Shown here in pieces: positions 37,753 through 49,443 of a stretch of DNA of 64,000 nt (positions are counted from its first letter, which is position 1; each line of letters starts with the position of its first letter). The notes beneath the pieces are model-generated. The model saw only the letters and a list, made by a program, of their open reading frames with translations. It was not told the DNA's origin and made no database searches. The translations under genes and the position numbers were made by a program. Source of the DNA: Octopus sinensis (Eukaryota); assembly GCF_006345805.1 (NCBI RefSeq), contig NC_043019.1, positions 5,827,360 through 5,891,359 of the forward strand. The letters are read 5' to 3'.

Positions 37753-38087
37753 ATTACACATAAAGCCACACGCTAAGAGGGACATAAGTCATTACTCCAA
37801 ATTTAACTAATCATACCGAATGCAGCTCTCGAAGCAAGACATTTAAAAAACTGAATTTATTAAATTGGTTTAGTTTGAAACAAGGTGGCAGACAAGATCT
37901 CCCCACCAAAGGATTCGACAATTGTAATTTTTGAGCCAATAATTGTAATTTCTGAGTTGATGATTGTAATGTTTGAGACAATTCAGTTTTTTAAATGTCT
38001 TGCTTCGAGAGCTGCATTCGGTATGATTAGTTAAATTTTGGTAGTAATGACTTATGTCCCTCTTAGCGTGTGGCATTTATGTGTAAT
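37753..38087. repeat. Inverted duplication: ~105-bp arms, ~122-bp spacer
   Basis: Arms 37753-37857 and 37980-38087; the spacer is the reverse complement of the element at 39608-40160. Confidence 0.9.
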
Positions 38088-38171
38088 AATGCCCTCTATA
38101 CAATATATATATATATATATATGTTATATACATACATAAGAGAACAAGATGTATGTTACGCCGCAATAATA

Positions 38172-38594
38172 TTACTCTTTTACTCTTTTTACTTGTTTCA
38201 GTCATTTGACTGCGGCCATGCTGGAGCACCGCCTTTAATCGACCAACTCGACCACGGGACTTTTTTTTTTTTTGTAAGCCCAGTACTTATTCTATCGGTC
38301 TCTTTTGCCGAACCTCTAAGTAACGAGGACATAAACACACCAGCATCGTTGTCACGCAATGCTAGGGGGACAAACACAGACACACAAACACACACACCAC
38401 ACACACACATATATACTATACATATATACGACAGGCTTCTTTCATTTTCCGTCTACCAAATCCACTCAACAAGGCTTTGGTCGGCCCGAGGGCTAGTAGT
38501 AGAAGACACTTTCCCAAGATGCCACGCAGTGGGACTGAACCCGGAACCATGTGGTTGACAAACAAGCTACTTACCACACAGCCACTCCTGCGCC
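38172..38594 (-). mobile_element. SINE family 1
   Basis: Family consensus match. Confidence 0.9.
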
Positions 38595-38775
38595 TATATA
38601 TGTATAAAAAAATATATATGAAAATACAAAATGGACAAGAACGCAAAACACTCACAGAGATGACACAAAAAACGGACGGGTCCGAATGACCCGTCCATTT
38701 TTTTGTGTCGTCTCTGAGTGTTTTGCGTTCTTGTCCCATTTTGTATTTTCATATATATTTTTTTATACATATATC
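38595..38775. repeat. Fold-back hairpin: ~88-bp arms, 5-nt loop (cgaat), in (TA)n
   Basis: Arms 38595-38682 and 38688-38775 with a few indels; the arm is homologous to the start of the repeat at 54140. Confidence 0.9.
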
Positions 38776-38826
38776 ATATATATATATATATATTACACAC
38801 ATATATATATATTATATATACACACA

Positions 38827-38857
<31 letters not shown>

Positions 38858-39607
38858 CTATTATATATATATATACCATATATATAATAATATATATACA
38901 TATATATACATATATATATACATATATATACATATATATATATTATATATATATATATATATAACTATATAATATTATATATATATGTATATATATAATA
39001 TATGTATATATATATTATATATTATATATATATATATTAGGTATGGGGTTGATTCATTTGACTAAATAAAATTCTTCAAGTGGTGCCCCAGCATGGCCAT
39101 AGTCTAAATGACTGAAATGAGTAAAAGATAGAGGATAAAAGATATACATACATGTTTGTGTGTGTATATAACTCATATAAACATACATGCACACAAATGC
39201 AAACACACACACATACACACACACACACACACACAGGCACATGCACACACACACATGCACACATACAAACACACACACAACACACACGTATCCGTGGGTA
39301 ATATTTATAAACAGACATTTGTATTAGAACAATTACATATATATGTATATCTACGAGTGTGTGAGTGTATGTGTGTGTGTGTTTGTAAATGTGTGTGTGT
39401 GTGTGTGAAGGAGTCTTTGAGTGCGAGTGTTTCAAGCAATTTACTCATCAGAATAGATGTAATTAGTGTCCAGTTGGCTCTTATTAGATTTGATCAACAA
39501 GCTGGCCGCGATCCAATCTGCTTAATCTTTGATTATATCCACGAAATCAATCTAGAATTCTTCCAGAATTCACTTCCTTCACCTGATCTCTTTTATCGTT
39601 AACCGAA

Positions 39608-40160
39608 TTACCATTATTGTCTCAAACATTACAATCATCAACTCAGAAATTACAATTATTGGCTCAAAAATTACAATTTTCAACTCAAAAATTACAATTA
39701 TTGGCTCAAAAATTACAATTTTCAACTCAAAAATTACAATTATTGGCTCAAAAATTACAATTGTCAACTCAAAAATTACAATTATTGGCTCAAAAATTAC
39801 AATTGTCAACTCAGAAATTACGATTATTGGCTCAAAAATTACAATTGTCAACTCAAAAATTACAATTATTGGCTCAAAAATTACAATTGTCAACTCAGAA
39901 ATTACAATTATTGGCTCAAAAATTACAATTGTCAACACAAAAATTACAATTATTGACTCAAAAATTACAATTGTCAACTCAAAAATTACAATTATTGGCT
40001 CAAAAATTACAATTGTCAACTCAAAAATTACAATTATTGGCTCAAAAATTACAATTGTCAACTCAAAAATTATAATTATTGGCTCAAAAATTACAATTGT
40101 CGACTTCTTTGGTGGGGAGATCTTGTCTGCCACCTTGTTTCAAATTAAACCAATATAATA
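39608..40160 (+). repeat. Element with an expanded 42-bp (21+21) minisatellite, ~11 dimers
   Basis: Alternating ttgtcaactcaaaaattacaa / ttattggctcaaaaattacaa; unique flanks shared with 37858-37979 (-). Confidence 0.9.
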
Positions 40161-40309
40161 AAGAATCTGACATGGGTTGTGAGTCTTTATAGTAGAGGTT
40201 CAATCTATCTGACAGTCTGCCTTACAATTTCCCTCACAGAACTACAGTAAAGGGCTCTTGACCATCTTCCTCCTCCATCTCATCATTATCATCATCAGCA
40301 ACAGCAGCA

Positions 40310-40610
40310 GCATCATTATCATCATTTAATATCCATTTTCCATGCTGGCATGGGTTGGACACTTTGACAGGAGCTAGCAAGACAGAGGGCTGCACTAGGC
40401 CCTAGTCATCTGTTTTGGTATGGTTTCTATGGCTGGATGCCCTTTCTAATGCTAACCACTTTACAGAGTGTACTGGGTGCTTTTTTACATGGCACCAGCA
40501 TGAGTGCCTTCGATTCTTTTTTATGTGGCACTGGTACAAGTGATTTTCATGTGGCACCAGCACAGGTGCATTTTAGGTAGTGCTAGCAAGAGTGCTTTTT
40601 ACATGGCACC
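40310..40610 (-). mobile_element. Diverged SINE family 3
   Basis: ggctggatgccctttctaatgc core with (CAT)n. Confidence 0.7.
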
Positions 40611-40881
40611 ATGTAGAATTGAACATGGAGCCATGTGTTTGAAAAGTAAACTCTTTAACCTACTCCTGTGGGTGCAGGCATGGCTGTGTGGCAAGAAGCT
40701 TGTTGCCCAACCACATGATTCTGGGTTCAGTCCCACTGCATGGTAACTTGGGCAAGTGTCTTCTACTATAGCCTCGGGCCGACCAAAGCCTTGTGAGTGG
40801 ATTTGGCAGACAGAAACTAAAAGAATTCCATTGTATATATGTATGTGTGTATGTATGTATATATATATAGATATATAATAA

Positions 40882-40922
<41 letters not shown>

Positions 40923-41339
40923 TCTATAATTATATACATAATTATAATCTGGGGTTAGTTAAGTGCTTCACCAACGTACTGAATTAGAAATAGACACTAA
41001 TGTCCTTTCAACTACCATAAAAATGGTTAGGTAGGTAGGTAGGTAGGTAGGTAGATAGACAGACAGACAGACAGAAAGACAGACAGACAGACAGACAGAG
41101 AGATAGATAGATATACTTCATCATCATTATCATTTAATATCTGGTTTCCATGCTGGCATGAGTTGAACAGTTTGACAGAATCTGGCAAGCTATAGAGCTG
41201 TGTCAGTTGCCAGAATCAGCTTTGGCTTGGTTTCTATAGTTTGCTGCCCTTCCTAATGCCAACCACTCTTGAGTGTGTACTGGGTACTTCTTTTCTTGAC
41301 ACCAGCACCAATGAAGTTATCAAGTAGCTTGTAAGACAA

Positions 41340-42130
41340 AGAAAAGAAAGGAAAAGGAAAAGCCTTTCTTGGACTGAGTGGGAGTGGCTTTCAGAAAAGT
41401 GGGTGTGGCTTTATACAGATTTTAAAGGCTAAAGTATAAGAGAGTGACAAGTGCAGTTACCTTGTGATGGAGGAAGTACAAGGCTGCTCGTCCACATTAC
41501 ATGAAGATGAGTGAGAAGAACAAGAAGAGAGATAAAGATGGTGGAAGATGAATACAAGGGAGGAGAGAAAGAGTCGATCAGGAGGATGGTGTTGAAGGGG
41601 AGTAATTTCATAAGGTAGTGAAAATAGGGTAACAATCAGAGGTACACAACTGTGGAGGGCAGCAGTGTCATAAATCGATTGACAGATGAGAAAGAAGGGA
41701 GGTGATGTGAGGGGGTAAGAGTGGAGGATGAATGGAAAGAGTAACAGTTGCAGAGATGGAAGTTAGAGATATATGAGGGTGGCTATAAAGGGTGGAGAAA
41801 CAAAGGTAGGGTTTGCATCAATAGCAGACATGATAGGATGTTGAGTTTGATGGCAGACAGGAGAGGTGTTAAAGGTGAGATATGGCAGCCCCAAGATATA
41901 GCTCAAAGAGGCAGGAGAGATAACTGAAAATGCAGAAAAGGGGTCATTGGTGGGAAGTAGTATGGGAAGGGATGATACTGAGAATGAGATATGGAGCTTA
42001 AAAGGGAATGATTTTATGGGGAGGTAACTGGTAATGCAAAACAGAAGGTATGAGATGTTGGGATATGCTTGAGGTGAGTAAATTGGATATGGGGCCCAGC
42101 ATATAGAGGCATAACACAATGCTTTTAGGA
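41340..42130 (-). pseudogene. Decayed LINE C-terminal remnant (I/Jockey-like, uncertain)
   Basis: LKALCYASICWAP resembles 'R..L.YA.P.W.P'; otherwise very degenerate. Confidence 0.3.
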
Positions 42131-42134
42131 CCTC

Positions 42135-42600
42135 AATTTTGCTGCTGCCCAGAGGTTTTCTTGAGCAAGGTCAATCACCAATCATCTCAGTTCTTTGATA
42201 CCTATTCCATGAGGATCAACATCTTGAGATCAACCTTCACTATTTCATATCTCAGCTTCCCGAGTCCCCCTCTTCCACAAGTTCCATCCACCTTAAGCAA
42301 CGGACACTTATCTACTTATTTATACAGCTGTTCTTATCCACTCACATCACATGACGAAACCATCAGTCTCCTCTCTTGCACACTGCATCTGATTCCTCTT
42401 CTGCCTAATTTTTTCTCTCAATACATTATCACTTTGTCATACATGCACACTGATGTTGAACATCCAGTAGAGCATACAAGCTTCTTTCCTTTTTCCTCTC
42501 CACATTTTCTCTGCATTCAGGGCACATTTTCATGTAATTTTTCTGTTTATTCACAAACATCATACAATTTGCCTTTTACACTGAAACAGCCTTTTTGTTA
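42135..42600 (-). pseudogene. RTE-type LINE C-terminal remnant
   Basis: GKLYDVC..LHE; LGRRGIRCSVQERRL..; VDGTCGRGGLGK..VKVDLKML. Confidence 0.7.
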
Positions 42601-42783
42601 CCAACAGTAGTAATAGCTCTCTGAACATTCTCCATCCTATTCTTACTCTAGCAATTATACTTTCAGAATATCTACATTTCCCTACTAATTAAGTTACCTA
42701 GGTAACGGAAACAGTCTACTATGTCGATGGATCCCCCTAGGCTTTTTAGATTATCTACCTATTTAAAGCTTACTGTGCTTTTG

Positions 42784-42824
<41 letters not shown>

Positions 42825-42872
42825 ATACAAAGTATTAATGAGATAATCAGAGAAGGAAAGAAGAGTGATATA

Positions 42873-42914
<42 letters not shown>

Positions 42915-42957
42915 ATATATACATATATATAATACATATATAATGTATATATATATA

Positions 42958-43079
42958 TCATCATCATCGTCGTTTAACGTCCGTTTTCCATGCTAGCATG
43001 GGTTGGACGGTTCAACTGGGGTCTGGGAAGCCAGAAGGCTGCACCAGGCCCAGTCTGATCTGGCAATGTTTCTACGGCT

Positions 43080-43083
<4 letters not shown>
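42958..43083 (-). mobile_element. SINE family 3, 3' fragment
   Basis: Family consensus match. Confidence 0.85.
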
Positions 43084-43113
<30 letters not shown>

Positions 43114-43482
43114 GAGAGAGAGAAAGAGAGAGAGATAAATAGATAAGATAGATGGATAGATAGATACATACATACATATCAGTATATATACGTAATTAAT
43201 TAGCAAAACAGAGAAAAATAATAAGAAAAAAAAAACAATGTGAGGGCATAGTACATACAAAGTATTAATGAGATATTCAGAGAAGGAAAGAAAGAGTGAT
43301 ATATATATATATATATATATATGAATATATATATATATATGTGTATATATGTGTGTATATATGTATACACACACACATATATATCTTCTTTTCTAGTCAT
43401 TCTACTATGCTGGACTGCTGAACTCTACTCAGTTTTTCTCTCTGCATTTTTATCATTCTCTCACAATTCTTTCCTCTTAGTC

Positions 43483-43518
43483 CTTTCTGCTGAAGAGCAT
43501 AGGCTCGAAATGTAAAAG
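43483..43518 (+). ncRNA. Minimal hammerhead-like motif, core variant CUGCUGAA (A6C), solo copy of the 3851 array family
   Basis: CUUU-CUGCUGAA-GAGC(AUAG)GCUC-GAAAUGUA|AAAG; downstream 90 bp homologous to the array unit. Confidence 0.5.
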
Positions 43519-43944
43519 ACTTTTTCATTCTTTTCTTCAGTGTTAAACTAATACACCTGCTTGTTGTTCCTACACCTGTCTTATCTTTGGTTTTTTTGTA
43601 AATTTAAATCATATATATATATATACATATACACATACATATAGATACATGCATGCATATATACATATACTCACACGCAAATGCCAATGTGTGTGCATAC
43701 ATGCAAACTTGCATGCATATACACAGACACATGCATTATCTCGATGCTACCACCACATACACCACCAAAACCCAATGCCAACACTAACTGATAATACAAA
43801 TGTTTGCCTGACATTGAAATTGTAGCAGATATCAGCAAAAACTACACAATCGCATCCCAAACACCACCACCACCACCACCACCACCCAGTTTCTAAGGCT
43901 CTGTATGAGTGTATATATATATATATATATCTTTATTCTCTCTC

Positions 43945-44361
43945 TCTTTTACTCTTTTACTTGTTTCAGTCATTTGACTGTGGCCATGCTGGAGCACCGC
44001 CTTTTAGTCGAGCAAATCGACCCCGGGACTTATTCTTATTTGTAAGCCCAGTACTTATTCTATCGGTCTCTTTTGCCGAACCGCTAGGTGACGGGGACAT
44101 ACACACACCAGCATCGGTTGTCAAGCAATGCTAGGGGGACAAACACTGACACAAAAAACACACACGCACACACATATATATATATACATATACATATATA
44201 CAACGGGCTTCTTTCAGTTTCCGTCTACCAAATCCATTCACAAGGCTTTGGTCTGCCCGAGGCTATAGTAGAAGACACTAGCCCAAGATGCCACGCAGTG
44301 GGACTGAAACCAGAACCATGTGGTTGGTAAGCAAGCTACTTACCACACAGCCACTCCTGCG

Positions 44362-44363
<2 letters not shown>
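43945..44363 (-). mobile_element. SINE family 1
   Basis: Family consensus match. Confidence 0.9.
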
Positions 44364-44402
<39 letters not shown>

Positions 44403-44519
44403 CAATTTAGGAATGGCCTAAACAGGCCATTCGTCCACCAGAAAGAGCAGCCAGAACTCAAACCGCCAAGTAGTGCAATTCGGAAATAAGGAAAATTTAA
44501 AAACGTTTACCCTAATTCA

Positions 44520-44620
44520 TCTTTTATACGATGCATCGTTTCGGTGTTTTTAATGATAGACCAGCTTAATTAAATTAAATTAAGCTAGTCTACCATAGGT
44601 CACACTTCATCAGTAAAAGA
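44520..44620 (-). ncRNA. Type I hammerhead ribozyme with extended stem II (inverted copy)
   Basis: Exact reverse complement of 44898-44998. Confidence 0.8.
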
Positions 44621-44897
44621 ACCTGGGAGAGACGAATATACACGAGGCGACTGTATCAATGCCTCGGGAATATCGTCTTAAATTTTCAAGACCACCAACG
44701 CATTCGCGCCAAACTTATCGGCAGCAAATATAAACTGCCGATTCAATCTCAGAATTAGTCAGAAAATTATCAATTAATCAATTTAGGGTAGCAAAAAATC
44801 AGTAAAAATTTATCGCTACCAGCGGCCTAGTGGAAAAGAGAAAATATTCCCGAGGCATTGATACAGTCGCCTCGTGTATATTCGTCTCTCCCAGGTT

Positions 44898-44998
44898 TCT
44901 TTTACTGATGAAGTGTGACCTATGGTAGACTAGCTTAATTTAATTTAATTAAGCTGGTCTATCATTAAAAACACCGAAACGATGCATCGTATAAAAGA
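44898..44998 (+). ncRNA. Type I hammerhead ribozyme with extended stem II
   Basis: Stem I UCUUUUA/UAAAAGA (7 bp); CUGAUGA 44905-44911; GUGU/ACAC plus a 19-bp hairpin in stem II; GAAA 44976-44979; palindromic stem III ACGAUGCAUCGU; GUA| cleavage after 44991. Confidence 0.8.
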
Positions 44999-45406
44999 TG
45001 AATTAGGGTAAACGTTTTTAAATTTTCCTTATTTCCGAATTGCACTACTTGGCGGTTTGAGTTCTGGCTGCTCTTTCTGGTGGACGAATGGCCTGTTTAG
45101 GCCATTCCTAAATTGTTATTTATATATATTTAGTCTTTGACTATTTTCTCTTTTCCACTAGGCCGCTGGTAGCGATAAATTTTTACTGAATTTTTTGCTA
45201 CCCTAAATTGATTAATATATATATATATATATATATATTATATTAAATTAGAGACTTATATATATATATATAGCTTTCTGTGTCTCTCTGTTTCTATCTG
45301 TGTCTGTCTGTGTGTCTAGCTGCCTGTCTTTTTGTGTCTGTTTTATTTCTATGATGGAAAGTGTTCCAGTCATATCACAGAAGTACTGCTGCCCTGTTGT
45401 ATGCAG

Positions 45407-45438
<32 letters not shown>

Positions 45439-45559
45439 GCTATAACAACATTAGTGCTAAAGTACAACAGCAACAACAACAGACAGACAGACAGAAATGT
45501 GTTGATGATTAAAAAAAACCTGATGACATTTATTTTGATATATAGTGTAGTAAATAAGT

Positions 45560-46050
45560 TCAGGCGACAGTGGTTGTGTGTGTGTGTGTCTGTGTGTGTC
45601 TGTGTGTGCGTGTGTGTGTTGGTGGTTGTGTGCGTGTGTGTGTTGGTGGTTGTGTGTGTGTGTCAGTATGTGTGTCTGTGTGCATGTGTGTGTAGATGGT
45701 TGTGTGTGTGTGTGTGGAAAGTTGTGTGTGTGCGTGTGTGTGTGGAAAGTTGTGTGTGTGCGTGTGTGTGTGTGGAAAGTTGTGTGTGTGCGTGTGTGTG
45801 TGGAAGTTGTGTGTGTGCGTGTGTGTGTGTGGGTGGTTGTGTGTGTGTGTCTGTGTGTATGTCTGTGTGTATCTGTGTGTGCATGTGTGTGTGTGTCTGT
45901 GTGTGTGTGTGTGGAAAGTTGTGTGTGTGTGTGGAAAGTTGTGTGTGTGTGGGTGTGGGTGCACACGCATGTGTGTGTGTGTGTGGGTGTGGGTGCACAC
46001 GCATGTGTGTGTGTGTGTGTGTGTGCACGTGTGTACATGTGTGTGTGTGT
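45560..46050. repeat. Complex (GT)n/GGAAAGTT microsatellite
   Basis: Directly visible. Confidence 0.95.
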
Positions 46051-46177
46051 GTTTTCTTTTTCCCTTTTCAATGTACTATTAGCTTTGACCAGCCACCTAA
46101 TTAGTAAAGAAAAGCATCTTATTTAATTTATCATCCCTTAAATCACAAGAAGGTCCTGCTGGTTTTTATGGTCCCAG

Positions 46178-46260
46178 ATATCAGAATCATTTATAGTTGT
46201 ACAAATTAAGAATTTTCATTCTCTCCCCAAGAACTCGAGTTCAGCCACACTTTGCCCCAG
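46178..46260 (+). CDS. Candidate exon (ISESFIVVQIKNFHSLPKNSSSATLCP; alternative acceptor at 46232)
   Basis: Consensus donor CAG|gtgagt at 46261; acceptor ggtcccag; open in phase 0, compatible with exon 25330-25432. Confidence 0.25.
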
Positions 46261-46477
46261 GTGAGTTCATACCTACCCTGTTGCTCCAATAATAATGGGT
46301 ATGAAACTGAAAGTTTAACTTGGGTACTGGGTTTGCAAACTCATTATCAGGGGCCCATAGATGGCCTCTTTCTCTTGTAGTTTTCTGACCATGTTAGTGT
46401 TTAGAGGGCAGAGCATATTTAGAAGACAAATTAATAAAACAGACCATAGTGAGAATAAAGATGGGGAAGTATAAAGG

Positions 46478-46534
<57 letters not shown>

Positions 46535-46958
46535 AGGCGGGGAGCTGGCAGAAACATTAGCACACTGGGCGAAATGCTCAGCGGTATTTCGTCTGCCGCT
46601 ACATTCTGAGTTCAAATTCTGCCGAGGTCGACTTTGCCTTTCAGCCTTTCGGGGTCGATAAATTAAGTACCAGTTACGCACTGGGGTCGATATAATCGAC
46701 TTAATCCGTTTGTCTGTCCTTGTTTGTCCTCTCTGTATTTAGCCCCTTGTGGGTAGTAAAGAAATAGGTATTTCGTCTGCCGTTACGTTCTGAGTTCAAA
46801 TTCCGCCGAGGTCGACTTTGCCTTTCATCCTTTCGGGGTCGATTAAATAAGTACCAGTTACGCACTGGGGTCGATATAATCGACTTAATCCGTTTGTCTG
46901 TCCTTGTTTGTCCTCTCTGTGTTTGTCCCCTTGTGGGCAATAAAGAAATAAGAAATAA
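46535..46958 (+). mobile_element. SINE family 2 head-to-tail dimer (full copy + 5'-truncated copy)
   Basis: Second unit restarts at ggtatttcgtctgccg (about 46768); flanked by (GA)n. Confidence 0.9.
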
Positions 46959-47290
46959 GAGAGAGAGAGAGAGAGAGGAGTGCAAGAAAGACAGTGGAGG
47001 AGTGTAAGAGACAGAGAGAGGACAGGGTGAGAAAGAGAGAGGGAAAGAGAGAGGGAGGGAGGAGAGAGAGAGGATTGTTGGTTATGAGAATGAACAGAAA
47101 CTGTATAAGCTGTTACATCTAATAATCTCAGCTGCCAACTTTTGTTATCTCAGATTAAAGGAAACCCTTGTAACAACACTGAATACATCCTACTTAACAC
47201 AGGTTGTCAGATCCATGTGGTAGAGTATAATCTATAGTAGTGTATGGTCTATCTATTTGTCTGTCTGTTTATCTATATGCATGTACATAT

Positions 47291-47625
47291 CTTGGGCAAG
47301 TGTCTTCTGCTATAGCCCCGGGCCAACCAATGCCTTGTGAGTGGATTTAGTAGACGGAAATTGAAAGAAGCCTGTCGTGTATATGTATATATGTATGTGT
47401 GTGTGTATATGTTTGTGTGTCTGTGTTTGTCCCCCTAGCATTGCTTGACAACCGATGCTGGTGTGTTTACGTCCCCGTCACTTAGCGGTTCGGCAAAAGA
47501 GACTGATAGAATAAGTATTGGGCTTACAAAGAATAAGTCCCGGGGTCGATTTGCTCGACAAAGGCGGTGCTCCAGCATGGCCGCAGTCAAATGACTGAAA
47601 CAAGTAAAAGTAAAAGTAAAAGTAA
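47291..47625 (+). mobile_element. SINE family 1, 5'-truncated
   Basis: Family consensus match. Confidence 0.9.
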
Positions 47626-48006
47626 GTAAAGACACACACACACATAATGGTTGTTCACTTGCAGTCCAGGAACACCCATCACTTGGTGCTTGGTGCATAA
47701 GAGCACGCATATTTATATCATTGCCTTTTATTATTAAAAATCTTAAAATTTTATATAAAAGTTACCTTTATGAAAATGTGGCTGAGAGGAACAACAGAAG
47801 AATTTATGCAAAAATAGGAAAAAAGAAAAAAAAAACAGATGTAGGAAGCGCAATTCCTTATCAGATGTCATCACAGTTTTGAAACCTGATGACAATATTG
47901 TAAAATCTGGCATTGTGTCGGTGACATGAGTTGCTGGGGCCATAAATAAGGAGACATGGGAGAAGATCAAAGACAGGAATAAATGATACAAGAATATAAG
48001 AAAATA

Positions 48007-48280
48007 TGGTTAGAGCATTGAGTTTACGGTCGTGAGGTTGTCAGCTCAAATCCCGGATTGGGCTACGTGTTGTGTTCTTGAGCAGGACACTTTATTTTAC
48101 GTTGCTCCAGTTCACTCAGCTGTAGAAATGAGTTGCAACATCACTGGTGCCAAGCTGAATCAGCCCCTTGCCTTTCATTTGGATAACACTGGTGGCGTGG
48201 AGAGCAAGGTTGGTATGCATGGGTGACTGCTGGTCTTCCATAAACAACCTTTCCCGGACTTGGGCCTGGGAGGGTAACTT
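48007..48280 (+). mobile_element. SINE family 4 (3' part lost)
   Basis: tRNA-like head, then ttgagcaggacact..ttcactcagctgtagaaatgagt. Confidence 0.8.
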
Positions 48281-48324
48281 ATGAGAACAGGAAAACATAT
48301 ATATATATATATATACATATATAA

Positions 48325-48800
48325 GGAATGGCTGTGTGGTAAGTAGCTTGCTTACCAACCACATGGTTCTAGGTTCAGTCCCACTGTGTGCCACCTTGGG
48401 CAAGTGTCTTCTACTATAGCCTCGGGCCGGCTAAAGCCTTGTGAGTGGATTTGTTAGACGGAAACTGAAAGAAGCCCATCATATATATAAATCCTTAAAT
48501 CCTTAAAAATGTTTTAGCCTGAAGGCCACGGCCATGCTGGGGCACCACCGCTGTATATGTATATGTATATATAATATGTGTGTGTGTGTATGTGTATGTT
48601 TGTGTGTCTGTGTTTGACCCTCCAACATTGCTTCACAACCGATGCTGGTGTGTTTATGTCCCCATAACATAGCAGTTCAGCAAAAGAGGCCGATAGAATA
48701 AGTACTCGGCTTACAAAGAATAAGTCCCAGGGTCGAGTTGCTCGACTAAAGGCGGTGCTCCAGCATGGCCGCAGTCAAATGACTGAAACAAGTAAAAGAG
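48325..48800 (+). mobile_element. SINE family 1
   Basis: Family consensus match. Confidence 0.9.
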
Positions 48801-48857
48801 TATGTATGTATGTATATCTATCTATCTATCTATATATATATATATATATATATATCT

Positions 48858-49188
48858 GAGACCCCCTTCGGTCACGACACAGACTGTGGGATTGCACCTA
48901 GAAAGTTACCCTCCCAGGCACAAGTCCAGGCAAGGTTGTTCATGGAAGACCAGCAGTCACCCATGCATACCGCCCTCCCCTCTCCATGCCACCAGTGTCA
49001 TCCAAGGGAAAGGCAAAGGGGCCAGTACAGCTTGGCACCAGTGATGTCGCAACTCATTTCTACAGCTGAGTGAACTGGAGCAACATGAAAATAAGTGTCT
49101 TGCTCAAGGACACAACACGCAGCCGGGTCCAGGATTTGAGCTCACAACCTCACGACCGTAAACTCGATGCTCTAACTACTGAGCCATG
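48858..49188 (-). mobile_element. SINE family 4
   Basis: Reverse complement of the 48007 copy, plus the complete 3' end. Confidence 0.85.
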
Positions 49189-49190
49189 TT

Positions 49191-49368
49191 CCACGTAAAA
49201 AGCACCCACTACACTCACGGAGTGGTTGGCGTTAGGGAGGGCATCCAACCGTAGAAACATTGCCAGATCTGACTGGGCCAGGTGCAGCCTTCTGGCTTCC
49301 CATACCTCTGTTGAACCATCCAACCCATGCTAGCATGGAAAGCGGACGCTAAACGATGATGATGATGA
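49191..49368 (+). mobile_element. SINE family 3
   Basis: Family consensus match. Confidence 0.85.
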
Positions 49369-49407
49369 TATGTATGTATGTATGTATGTATGTATATATA
49401 TATATAT

Positions 49408-49409
<2 letters not shown>

Positions 49410-49443
<34 letters not shown>

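Larger units (their letters stand above)
44399..45215. mobile_element. Penelope-like pLTR-type fold-back element with two interleaved inverted repeats, in (TA)n
   Basis: A' 44399-44673 / A 44844-45119 (identical bar one indel); B ~44774-44846 / B' ~45142-45215. Confidence 0.85.

Noticed and set aside
39425-39455. Hammerhead on the minus strand (CUGAUGAGUAAAUUGCUUGAAAC)
   Set aside because: Stem II does not close correctly, and there is no stem III partner, cleavage triplet or stem I.
39579-40133. 184-aa and 152-aa repetitive ORFs (IIVIFEP / STQKLQLLAQKL), superficially coiled-coil or LRR-like
   Set aside because: They result from a stop-free 42-bp tandem repeat open on both strands.
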